Part shown: positions 29,864 through 38,453 of the stretch, piece by piece
How the letters are laid out: each line of letters begins with the position of its first letter
How positions within the stretch are numbered: position 1 is the stretch's first letter
Source: a bacterium
GTDB lineage: Bacteria > Patescibacteriota > Saccharimonadia > Saccharimonadales > SZUA-47
Direction of reading: 5' to 3'
Assembly (NCBI GenBank): GCA_030427125.1
Contig: JAUHXF010000001.1
Location: forward strand, 116,102-180,101
Length of the DNA: 64,000 bases
Position numbers and translations under genes: made by a program
Notes under the pieces: model-generated
The model's database searches: none
The model's input: only the letters and a program-made list of their open reading frames with translations
Told to the model about the DNA's origin: nothing

Positions 29864-30922
29864 ATGACACAAACAAAGATTTTTCGACTATCGACGCTTT
29901 TGGCGATAGTTGGTTTATTAATGGCACTTTTGCTGCCAGCAGTTCCTGCGAGCGCTTTAACAAATAGTTCATTGCTATTGTCAGATCCGCGTACTGGCGA
30001 GACAAGTGACTACACACTAACGACTAGCGGTCTAACAACTGGAACTACGATCAACTGTATACAGCTGGATATCGGTACCGCATCTGATGGTACAGGCGAT
30101 GTTGGGCTTGATCTTTCAAGTGTCGATGTAACGACTGAAACAATTACATCTGGTGGTGCATGGGCAGATGCGAGCGTTGACGGTACAACTGATCAATTGC
30201 GATACACATCAGCTGGTGGAGCAACACCAAATGCCTCAGGTTCAATTACTTGGGATGATGTCGTCAATGGATCCACTGAAGGTGCAACATACTACGGCGT
30301 ATTTGAGACATTTAGCAATACCGACTGTTCAACCGGTGGTCCTGTCGACTCGGTCACTGTTGCATTCACCTACAAAGACGGAGAATTGGTGCAACTTACA
30401 ATTGATCCAACACTAACATTTACTTGTTCAGATGTCGCATCTGGACTGCCGGTAAACGGTGTGAACACAACAGTTGCTTCGACTGCGAGCGGTATTAATC
30501 ATGGCAATTCAGTAACATTTGGTGCCAAAGGTATATCAGCACATGATTTGAACGTGACCACAAATGCACCTGGCGGCTACACTGTGTACATCCGCCACAC
30601 AGGACAGCTTACAAATGGTTCTGACAACATTGCTAATCACACCGGTACAAATGCAGCGCCTACAGCTTTCCCTGCTGCAGGTACTGAAGCCTGGGGCTAT
30701 ACAACTGAGGATAATACTCTAGGAGGTGGTGGAGCGACACGGTTTACTGCTGCAAATGGATACGCCGGCTTTACGACTACTAACGAGCCAGTCATGGACA
30801 ACACAGGTGCAGCTCCAAGTGGTGACACGGTTCGTGTTGGTCACCAGGTTGGTGTAGCGAATACTACACCGTCAGGTACATACCAGACGACCATTGTGTA
30901 CACAGTTGCTTCTGTGTACTAA
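29864..30922 (+). CDS. Secreted WxL/Csu-pilin-like protein (candidate major subunit)
   Basis: Signal peptide (ASA-L), IDPTLTF...TTNA.GGY...WGYT...GTYQTTIVYTVASVY; own promoter, SD and terminator. Confidence 0.75.
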   Translation: MTQTKIFRLSTLLAIVGLLMALLLPAVPASALTNSSLLLSDPRTGETSDYTLTTSGLTTGTTINCIQLDIGTASDGTGDVGLDLSSVDVTTETITSGGAWADASVDGTTDQLRYTSAGGATPNASGSITWDDVVNGSTEGATYYGVFETFSNTDCSTGGPVDSVTVAFTYKDGELVQLTIDPTLTFTCSDVASGLPVNGVNTTVASTASGINHGNSVTFGAKGISAHDLNVTTNAPGGYTVYIRHTGQLTNGSDNIANHTGTNAAPTAFPAAGTEAWGYTTEDNTLGGGGATRFTAANGYAGFTTTNEPVMDNTGAAPSGDTVRVGHQVGVANTTPSGTYQTTIVYTVASVY

Positions 30923-30944
30923 AACTCACAAGCAGTGATGTACA

Positions 30945-30970
30945 AAAGACCCCGTTTGCGCGGGGTCTTT
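30945..30970 (+). terminator. Intrinsic terminator
   Basis: AAAGACCCCG-TTTGCG-CGGGGTCTTT. Confidence 0.85.
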
Positions 30971-31013
30971 CTCTTGAGTAGTCTATAAAAACAGGGTAGA
31001 CTACTTAGTAAGT

Positions 31014-32003
31014 ATGGGGTTCACACACAGACACATTGCCAGGTGGGCAAGCGTCGCTTTAATTGCACTAGTTAGTATTTTTGCTGTTTTCACTGTCTCG
31101 TCCAGTGCACAAGAACCAGCTGAGACTATTTCACTTGGTATTTCACCGCAAATTCTTGATGTGACGGCTAATCCTGGAGAGACACTTGAGAATACATTCC
31201 GATTAACGAATGCTTCTCCAGCGTCAGTCGATATCCAAGCAACACCAAAGAACTTTACACCTCGTGGGGAGGAAGGCGCCGTTGATTTAACCGTCGATGA
31301 CACTAGTTTCTCCTTAGCAGACTGGGTTAGTGTGTCGCCTGAGCGAACAGTAATTGAGCCTGGTCAAACAACTGATTTTGCTGTTACGATTGTGGTGCCA
31401 GATAACGCTGAGCCTGGTAGCCATTTTGGCTCAGTGGTTTTTCAGACAATTCCACCAGAAGATGCTACCGCAGACGCCTTAGTGAGCCAGGAAATAGCTC
31501 CGGTAATACTTGTAAAAATAGCTGGAAACACGACCGAGACAGCCGAGATAGAAGAACTCACCACTGATCAGAATAGCTACGGTAGTAACCCAACAATTCA
31601 GTTAATTTCTCGCATAAAGAACACCGGAAATGTTCACTTCAAACCGGTGGGTAAGATTACTATCAAGAATATGTGGGGAAACGAGATTGCTGAATTAGAG
31701 CTGGATCGAAGAAATGTGCTGCCAGATTCTATTCGGCAAATAACAACTGATTGGCAGCCAGAAGGGTTTCAATTAGGCAGATACACCGCAACTTTAACTC
31801 TTGTGTATGGAGAGAATGATGAAATACGTGTCGAAGAAACGAGTTTCACGATTTTCCCTTGGGAGATAATATTACCAATTGTAGCTGGAGCTGTAATAGT
31901 GAGTTTTGTAGCCATACGTTATCGAAAGCGCTTTGCACTAGCTGCAAAAGTACTCAGCGGTAAACAAGATACTAATTCAAACTCAAAAGGCACAAAAGAG
32001 TAA
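31014..32003 (+). CDS. DUF916/DUF3324-like (WxL-interacting, PapD-like) protein with C-terminal membrane anchor
   Basis: LGISPQILDV..NPG, LADWV, VP.NAEPGSHFG, KNTGNVH, GRYTATLTL.YG, TM + RYRKR. Confidence 0.8.
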   Translation: MGFTHRHIARWASVALIALVSIFAVFTVSSSAQEPAETISLGISPQILDVTANPGETLENTFRLTNASPASVDIQATPKNFTPRGEEGAVDLTVDDTSFSLADWVSVSPERTVIEPGQTTDFAVTIVVPDNAEPGSHFGSVVFQTIPPEDATADALVSQEIAPVILVKIAGNTTETAEIEELTTDQNSYGSNPTIQLISRIKNTGNVHFKPVGKITIKNMWGNEIAELELDRRNVLPDSIRQITTDWQPEGFQLGRYTATLTLVYGENDEIRVEETSFTIFPWEIILPIVAGAVIVSFVAIRYRKRFALAAKVLSGKQDTNSNSKGTKE

Positions 32004-32008
32004 GTAGC

Positions 32009-33394
32009 GTGCATAGAATCACACAACTAATGGTGGTAGGGTTGTTTGTAGGTCTATTTTCACTAGCTATAGCAAATAACGGCGCTGCCATCTCGCGAAC
32101 GGAAGACATAGAGTTAACAATCCCTGATACCGTGTTGGAAATTAGTGGCTATGCAGCTCCAGGCGCGCTCGTAACAATTCAGGAAGGTAGTTCTACGCTA
32201 GGCACAGTCCTGGCAAACGCGGAAGGAGCTTATTCAACAGTACTTACTTCGCAAGACGCAGGTTTGCGCTCTATTAAGACATATTTTACTGATGCAGAGG
32301 GTATACGCTCTCAGACAAGCACAAGGAATATTAGTATTCAACCACAGCGAGTTACCTCGTTTGAAACATATTTAAGCCCAACAATTATCCGGCGAACACC
32401 TACGCAAGTTCAGAGCGGCAGTATCGTACAGATTGTTGGTTATACAGTTGCTGATGCACGCGTGTCATTGTCATTCGGCGTCGTTGGAGATGAACAGCAG
32501 GTCATTGCGAACTCAGCAGGATATTATGAATTTTTATTAGACACTAAAATTTTAGATGATGGAAAGTACACTGTTTCAACATCAAGTAAAAAAACAGGAT
32601 TGACAGATAGCAGTGAGCAGTCTAAATCTGTTTCTTTTCGAGTTGTTAGCAAAGAAAAGTCAGAGGAAGGTGCCCCTGACATAATCGTCCGTCCTAATCA
32701 ATTACCTCCCCCTATTCCACAGTCACCAGATGACGGATCTGTCATAGTCGGCGACAGTGTATTAATAACTGGTGAGTCAGTGCCTTATGCTCAAATTGTA
32801 ATTTACGAAAATGGCAAGGTTATTGGCTCAGTACTTTCGAATGGACAGGGTAAATGGGAATTCAACTATACCGCTACATCAAGCCCCATAGTATTAACAT
32901 TTGAAGCGTGTCGGGAGGGGGTCTGTAGTGTTCTATCGCAGTCTTTATCTCTGTCGTTTCCAGCATTGGTAAGCACTCAGAATCCATGTAGCAAGCAGGT
33001 TTTTGAGCTGGAGTCTTATCGATTTTGGGGTGTACTGCCAAACGAGGAGGTGATGCTAGATGTATTGTTAACAAATGGTGACGGGGTGTTATTTGTAGAT
33101 TGGGGTGACGGTACTACTGAAGAACGGTTTGATCATGATGCGGATAGACCAACGTCCTACGAACATGTTTATAGCACAGGCCAGCATAATGGCTCTATCA
33201 GATTTGAACAAGGGGAGTGTAATATAGCACGATACTTTAGTGTAGATGCTCGTGGCCATAGTGGCATTAACACAAATTTTTACCTTATGGCATTGCTGAT
33301 TCTGGCCATCTTACCGTTTAGTTATTGGTCATATATCGAAGGTAAGGTTCTAATGCAAAAAGAAGTAAAAAAAGCGACAAAGAGCAACATATAG
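32009..33394 (+). CDS. Membrane-anchored multi-Ig-fold protein with PKD-like domain
   Basis: Signal peptide, repeated G..P.A.V.I...G...A...G.(Y/W) Ig units, VDWGDGT, C-terminal TM + Lys tail. Confidence 0.75.
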   Translation: MHRITQLMVVGLFVGLFSLAIANNGAAISRTEDIELTIPDTVLEISGYAAPGALVTIQEGSSTLGTVLANAEGAYSTVLTSQDAGLRSIKTYFTDAEGIRSQTSTRNISIQPQRVTSFETYLSPTIIRRTPTQVQSGSIVQIVGYTVADARVSLSFGVVGDEQQVIANSAGYYEFLLDTKILDDGKYTVSTSSKKTGLTDSSEQSKSVSFRVVSKEKSEEGAPDIIVRPNQLPPPIPQSPDDGSVIVGDSVLITGESVPYAQIVIYENGKVIGSVLSNGQGKWEFNYTATSSPIVLTFEACREGVCSVLSQSLSLSFPALVSTQNPCSKQVFELESYRFWGVLPNEEVMLDVLLTNGDGVLFVDWGDGTTEERFDHDADRPTSYEHVYSTGQHNGSIRFEQGECNIARYFSVDARGHSGINTNFYLMALLILAILPFSYWSYIEGKVLMQKEVKKATKSNI

Positions 33395-33475
33395 ATAGAA
33401 GTTTTACTTTTCATTACCTAAAGTGTTACAGGGGTAGTAAATCGTATGCAAGTAAGTTATAATTGTGTCTCAGTC

Positions 33476-33552
33476 CGGGGTGTAGCTCAGTTGGCTAGAG
33501 TGCGCGGTTTGGGACCGTGAGGTCGTAGGTTCAAGTCCTATCACCCCGACCA
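33476..33552 (+). tRNA. tRNA-Pro(TGG)
   Basis: CGGGGTG...anticodon arm CGCGG-TTTGGGA-CCGTG, TTCAAGT T-loop, encoded CCA. Confidence 0.97.
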
Positions 33553-33553
33553 T

Positions 33554-33584
33554 AAAAGATTCACAGATACTGTGAGTCTTTTTT
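33554..33584 (+). terminator. Terminator after tRNA-Pro
   Basis: AAAAGATTCACAG-ATA-CTGTGAGTCTTTTTT. Confidence 0.8.
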
Positions 33585-33608
33585 AATTGGCTGTATAATC
33601 AGTACATT

Positions 33609-34262
33609 GTGTTAAAGCTTCTCATAGCAACGGTGCCAATTGCCTTTATCTTGCTCTTGTCTGAATATTTGTGGCGCAAGAAAGTTGTCAGAGGAGAACG
33701 GGCACGAAAACTAATTCACATTCTTGCTGGTGTATGGATGGCGATGTGGCCATTCTATCTACCGTTTGACGGTATATTTATGCTTGGTTTTCTCGCTATG
33801 ACCGTGCTGTTGTACTCTCGTTTTACAAATTTATTTCATGCGATGTATGCAGTAAAGCGAAAGACTTATGGTGAGTTATTCTTCGCACTCGCAATTATTG
33901 TATGTGCGTATTTAGGCCAGGAGCCGTGGGTTTTTTCGGTGTCTATTTTGCTTCTCGCGGTTGCAGATGGTGGAGCGGCGATTGTTGGGCGCTATTGGGG
34001 TGCGGGTAATAGCTACTTTGTCTTTGGAAATAAAAATCTCCAGAAAAGTATTGCAGGGACAGCCGCATACTTAGTATTGGCGTATGTTTCGATAGGAGTT
34101 GGTTGGCTCGAAGGAGGTGAGCAAGTTATACAGGATAATGTTGTACTTGTACTATTGGTTCTCCCGTTCGGCGCGACATTATTAGAAAATACCGCACCGT
34201 ATGGCAGCGATAATATATTAACCCCACTGTATGCAACAGTCCTTCTGAACGGCCTGCTATAA
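33609..34262 (+). CDS. Phytol/dolichol kinase-family membrane protein
   Basis: RKLIHI, AVADG.AA.VG..WG, KSIAGT, LE....GSDN. Confidence 0.85.
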   Translation: MLKLLIATVPIAFILLLSEYLWRKKVVRGERARKLIHILAGVWMAMWPFYLPFDGIFMLGFLAMTVLLYSRFTNLFHAMYAVKRKTYGELFFALAIIVCAYLGQEPWVFSVSILLLAVADGGAAIVGRYWGAGNSYFVFGNKNLQKSIAGTAAYLVLAYVSIGVGWLEGGEQVIQDNVVLVLLVLPFGATLLENTAPYGSDNILTPLYATVLLNGLL

Positions 34263-34271
34263 TATACGAAG

Positions 34272-34805
34272 ATGATTAAAAAAGTAGAAGAAAACCTACG
34301 TGAGTTTGTCTATGGAGGCATGGACGGCGCAGTAACGACATTTGCTATTGTCACTGGTGCTGCAGGGGCAGGTTTCAGTACAAAAATAATACTTATATTA
34401 GGTCTTGCTAACGTATTTGCCGATGGCTTTTCTATGGCGGTTGGAGCGTATTTAAGCGAAAAAGCTGACATGGAGTTAGAAGCAAAAAACACCAAAGTAC
34501 AAGGTGATCAACCAGGTGTGCCGCTTGCTGCTTCTGTGGCTACATTTATTTCATTTGTTCTCGTAGGGTTTATTCCGCTAAGTATTTATATAATCGATTA
34601 TATAGCTGATCTTGGGCTTGGTGATGATGCGCTTGTGTATTCAATATTCTTAACACTAGTCGCCTTTGCAGCCATTGGCTATTTACGAGCAGTTATTACG
34701 CATATCAGTAAAGCGAAATCTGTACTAGAGTCCCTTGGGCTTGGAGTGGCAGCGGCAATAATTTCTTACTCACTTGGTAGTGTGCTCGAAGGATTAATTA
34801 CGTAA
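34272..34805 (+). CDS. VIT1/CCC1 family transporter
   Basis: EFVYGGMDGAVTTFA, ANVFADGFSMAVGAYLS. Confidence 0.92.
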   Translation: MIKKVEENLREFVYGGMDGAVTTFAIVTGAAGAGFSTKIILILGLANVFADGFSMAVGAYLSEKADMELEAKNTKVQGDQPGVPLAASVATFISFVLVGFIPLSIYIIDYIADLGLGDDALVYSIFLTLVAFAAIGYLRAVITHISKAKSVLESLGLGVAAAIISYSLGSVLEGLIT

Positions 34806-34811
34806 TTTTAC

Positions 34812-35297
34812 TTAGTTGTGTGGGTGGACGTCGTCAGTGTGACGTTGACCTTTGCCAAGATATTTTTGTTCAAGATTGCCAACTGCTAGGTTCGTGAGTA
34901 CCACGAGGCCTGTCAAGCAAAGCGCAAGCCAATATCGTTCAAGTCCAACTGTTATACCGATTCCTGCTGCAAAAAGTATTGATGCAGCCGTTGTAAGGTA
35001 GTAGACACTGTGTGATTTCTCACTCTTAAGAACTGTACCAGCACCGATAAAGCTAATACCGACAATAACGGCTTCGATAACACGAACAGGGTCCGACTGA
35101 ACCGCAACGGGGCTTGTGGCAAAGTCTCGGATTAGGAGTGTGCTAATGCCCATAACGAGTGCCGCTGCACCAGCGACGAACATGTGCGTACGTATGCCAG
35201 CTGGTTTTTTTGATAGTTCTCGCTCGATACCTATAATACCGCCCATGCTGACAGCAACGACAACTTGTAGGAAAATATCTATTTCTTCTTGAGTCAT
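34812..35297 (-). CDS. MgtC/SapB family protein
   Basis: IGIERE...KPAGIRTH, DP.R....V..GISFIGAG, LTTAASI. Confidence 0.93.
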   Translation of the reverse strand: MTQEEIDIFLQVVVAVSMGGIIGIERELSKKPAGIRTHMFVAGAAALVMGISTLLIRDFATSPVAVQSDPVRVIEAVIVGISFIGAGTVLKSEKSHSVYYLTTAASILFAAGIGITVGLERYWLALCLTGLVVLTNLAVGNLEQKYLGKGQRHTDDVHPHN

Positions 35298-35383
35298 ATA
35301 GTAAGCATAAGTATTACAGAAGTCTTTATTCGATACAAGGATTTGCTGAAAATAAAAAAGACCACTACTTTGTGATCTTCATT

Positions 35384-35461
35384 TGGGGCGAGTGATGGGA
35401 ATTGAACCCACGGCCTTCGGAACCACAACCCGACGCTCTAACCAACTGAGCTACACCCGCC
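35384..35461 (-). tRNA. tRNA-His(GTG)
   Basis: Reverse complement GGCGGGTG...TTGTGGT anticodon loop...CACTCGCC-CCA; G-1:C73. Confidence 0.95.
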
Positions 35462-35480
35462 ATAACTGTTTAGTATAACT

Positions 35481-35557
35481 TGGTACCCTGGGAGGGAGTC
35501 GAACCCCCGACACGCGGGATAGAAGCCCGCTGCTCTAATCCGCTGAGCTACCAGGGC
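35481..35557 (-). tRNA. tRNA-Arg(TCT)
   Basis: Reverse complement GCCCTGG...GCGGG-CTTCTAT-CCCGC...TTCGACT...CCAGGGT-A-CCA. Confidence 0.95.
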
Positions 35558-35566
35558 ATCTATTTT

Positions 35567-35641
35567 TGGTGCGGGTGGCGGGAGTCTAACCCGCGTCGCC
35601 TGCTTGGAAGGCAGGAATAATAAACGTTATACCACACCCGC
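35567..35641 (-). tRNA. tRNA-Gly(TCC), atypical D/T loops
   Basis: Reverse complement GCGGGTG...CCTGC-CTTCCAA-GCAGG...GCGGG-TTAGACT-CCCGC-CACCCGC-A-CCA. Confidence 0.9.
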
Positions 35642-35724
35642 TCGATAAAAATAGCGCAGCGTAACGGGGGTTGATTATAGCAGAAAACATTCTCATTCGG
35701 AAGCAAGAACGGTATACTACCTTC

Positions 35725-37041
35725 ATGTATCAACAAGTAAAAAACGTTATCAAGAAGCTGGTGCCTCAGAAATTTCGCTATTCTCTAGCAAATTCATTGC
35801 ACTGGATAGAGGCGTTTGGTGCCAACATCGCGACTGGCTTCCCAGCAAGAAAGCTAAAAGTCATTGGTGTAACGGGTACTTCTGGCAAGTCCACGACGAC
35901 TGCCATGATATCGCATATATTTAATGTGAACGGATACAAAGCGGCTCATTTCACAACGACAAATGCATACTGGGGTGGTGAAGAGCACGTGAATGCGTCG
36001 ACACTCACGACAGAGCGGCCACTAATGTTGTACAGACGAATAAAATCAGTCGTTGACGCAGGAGATGAGTATTTAATCATCGAGTCATCCGCGCATGCAG
36101 TTGTGCAGCATCGTTTAGCGTTCATCCCATTTGGAGGTGCAGTATTTACAAATCTCAGCCACGACCATCTTGATTATTTCGGTGATATGAATACGTACGC
36201 ATCTGCAAAGCAAGGATTATTTAAATTGGTCTCGAGACATGACGGCTATGGGGTGTTTAGGGATTCAGACGACTATAGCGCACTGATGTACAGTCCAATA
36301 GCTGAAGAGAAAAGAATGACGTTTGATTTTGACACGGGATCTATCCAGGCGCATGACATTAGTGAAAAGGACGGTGTCTCTTCGTTTACCGTGTCCTTTA
36401 AAAGCGAGTCTGTCGAGGTTAAAATGCCGCTTATCGGCAAGCATAATGTTTTAAATGCATTAGCTGCAGCTGGCTGTGCTGTGCAAGAGGGAATAGACTT
36501 TACGCAAGCGGCAAAGGCACTTGATTCATTCCAGGGAGTTAAAGGTCGGATGGAGCGGTTAACTGCCCCTAATGGAGCACAAGTACTTATCGATTTTGCA
36601 CACACGCCTGAAGCATTTGAACTCATTTTGTCCGATTTGCAGCGATCAAAAACAGGAAAATTGATAGCAGTTTTTGGTGGATATGGCGATCGAGATCCGA
36701 CCATTAGAGCGCCGTTTGGCAGTATTGCAGCCACATATTGTGATGACATTATACTTACCGAAGATACCGTTGGCTCGGAGACGGTCGCAGCAATCAACCA
36801 GGATATTATAACTGGAATAAAATCCGTAGCATCATATAAAGGTGGCTACTTAGAAATTGAGGCTCGAGAAGAAGCGATACAGGAAGCACTAAAACGAGCT
36901 GGACCTAACGACACGGTCGCGTTGCTCGGCAAAGGTCACGAGCGTGAGATTAAGCGATACCCGACAGATAAACCGTGGGATGAGATTCAAGCGACTAGAG
37001 ATGCATTTGATGTGCTTAGTAGGGGCAAAAATGCAAAATAA
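35725..37041 (+). CDS. murE: UDP-MurNAc-tripeptide synthetase MurE
   Basis: GVTGTSGKSTT, ESSAHA, FTNLSHDHLDYFG, GRME, DFAHTP, GKGHE; start at ATG 35725, 6 nt after TATACT. Confidence 0.88.
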   Translation: MYQQVKNVIKKLVPQKFRYSLANSLHWIEAFGANIATGFPARKLKVIGVTGTSGKSTTTAMISHIFNVNGYKAAHFTTTNAYWGGEEHVNASTLTTERPLMLYRRIKSVVDAGDEYLIIESSAHAVVQHRLAFIPFGGAVFTNLSHDHLDYFGDMNTYASAKQGLFKLVSRHDGYGVFRDSDDYSALMYSPIAEEKRMTFDFDTGSIQAHDISEKDGVSSFTVSFKSESVEVKMPLIGKHNVLNALAAAGCAVQEGIDFTQAAKALDSFQGVKGRMERLTAPNGAQVLIDFAHTPEAFELILSDLQRSKTGKLIAVFGGYGDRDPTIRAPFGSIAATYCDDIILTEDTVGSETVAAINQDIITGIKSVASYKGGYLEIEAREEAIQEALKRAGPNDTVALLGKGHEREIKRYPTDKPWDEIQATRDAFDVLSRGKNAK

Positions 37042-37843
37042 CAGGATAGAATCACTGCTTCAAGATATCGAGACTGTACTCATTGGCTTGCGAGATGACG
37101 TGGTTGCTGGAGCAGGTACAACAGACGTTATGTATAAGGCGGATGGTAGTGAGCAGACCGATATGGACGTTCGAGTTGAGCAAACGGTTTTTGATTTTGT
37201 GAAGTCGCGATATCCTGAGGTGACTTTTTACGGTGAGGAGACGGGATATGGTCTGCCGTTACCTGAGCTATGCTGTTTGCTTGATCCGATTGACGGTACA
37301 AAAAGCTACGTTGAGGGTACAGATGGCTACACTGCTATGGCAGTACTTATCTTAAATAATGTAGCAGTGGGTTCGATCATCTACCGGTATACGGACGGAG
37401 CGTCATTTATCGCAATAAAGGGTAGTGGTGCAACGAAAAATGGAGAGAAAATTTCTCTGCAAAACACTGATCTTCCGAGAACTATTTACTGTCGAGAGCG
37501 CATGATTCCTTTTGTGCAGCAGCTACCAGAACTTCATGGTTACACGGTAGAAAAAGGTCCTACCGGTGCGGGTCACGGCTTCGCATTAGTTGCAGAAGGT
37601 GCGATAGCAGCTCGCATAAACGCCACACATTCCGTTGGCGGCGGCGGGTTTATCCATGACTACGCGCCTGGAACCTTGCTTGTGGAAGAGGCTGGAGGTT
37701 CAGTGGTGCCCTTTGAAGACAAGCCGTACGCAGTAGATACCTTCAGTTTTGTCGCATGTCATCCTGCATTATCTAGCACGGTGTCTTCCGTACGTACAGC
37801 GCTAGCTAGTATTGAGGTTGATAGTCTAGGAAAGAAAATCTAG
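37031..37843 (+). CDS. Inositol monophosphatase family protein
   Basis: K.D...T.MD...E, GEE, LDPIDGT, HDY..G.L.VEEAGG; start at ATG 37031. Confidence 0.88.
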   Translation: MQNNRIESLLQDIETVLIGLRDDVVAGAGTTDVMYKADGSEQTDMDVRVEQTVFDFVKSRYPEVTFYGEETGYGLPLPELCCLLDPIDGTKSYVEGTDGYTAMAVLILNNVAVGSIIYRYTDGASFIAIKGSGATKNGEKISLQNTDLPRTIYCRERMIPFVQQLPELHGYTVEKGPTGAGHGFALVAEGAIAARINATHSVGGGGFIHDYAPGTLLVEEAGGSVVPFEDKPYAVDTFSFVACHPALSSTVSSVRTALASIEVDSLGKKI

Positions 37844-38392
37844 CGCGTCTTTTGTAAGCTCTTTTATATCTCGCGTTCCATCTAGCTGCAATGTGTTTTG
37901 GTGCTCGTGGAATGAAGAGAAATTTTCAACTCGGTCCATAAACGTATGCTTTGAAGGTCCGTGCTCGCCAGCAGCGATTCGTTCTTGAATGCGTTCATAC
38001 GCAATATCGGGTGGCGTATTTAGTTCAATGATGTATACATCAAGTTCTACGCTTTTTTCATGTGCTGCTGTGCGAATAAAGTCAATCAACCTGGTAAATA
38101 CACCTTCATCGGTGAATGGCTGATTCCACATAATTATTGCTCCGTCTTGTGCTGCACGTACAGCCTGGAGTCGTAGCCAGCGAAACGGGTGAATTGCTTT
38201 TGGCAAGTCTTGTGCTGTAAGCTCTTCAGAAAATTTTTTGTAGCCGGGGTTATTCAGATCAAGCGCATCTGGATCCAGCAAGACAATGTTTTCGTTTCCC
38301 AGAGTCTGCAATAATTGATGTGCTAAGTAGGACTTTCCACTTCCTGGAATACCACGTATAAATACTAGCTTTGCATGTTGTGTGTGACTCAT
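37826..38392 (-). CDS. P-loop (AAA_33-like) nucleotide kinase family protein
   Basis: RGIPGSGKS Walker A, ERI..R lid motif. Confidence 0.75.
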   Translation of the reverse strand: MSHTQHAKLVFIRGIPGSGKSYLAHQLLQTLGNENIVLLDPDALDLNNPGYKKFSEELTAQDLPKAIHPFRWLRLQAVRAAQDGAIIMWNQPFTDEGVFTRLIDFIRTAAHEKSVELDVYIIELNTPPDIAYERIQERIAAGEHGPSKHTFMDRVENFSSFHEHQNTLQLDGTRDIKELTKDALDFLS

Positions 38393-38453
38393 AATCTGAG
38401 AATATTATACACTCTACAAGCACTTGTCATTGTGCTAGAGTTATATACACAGT

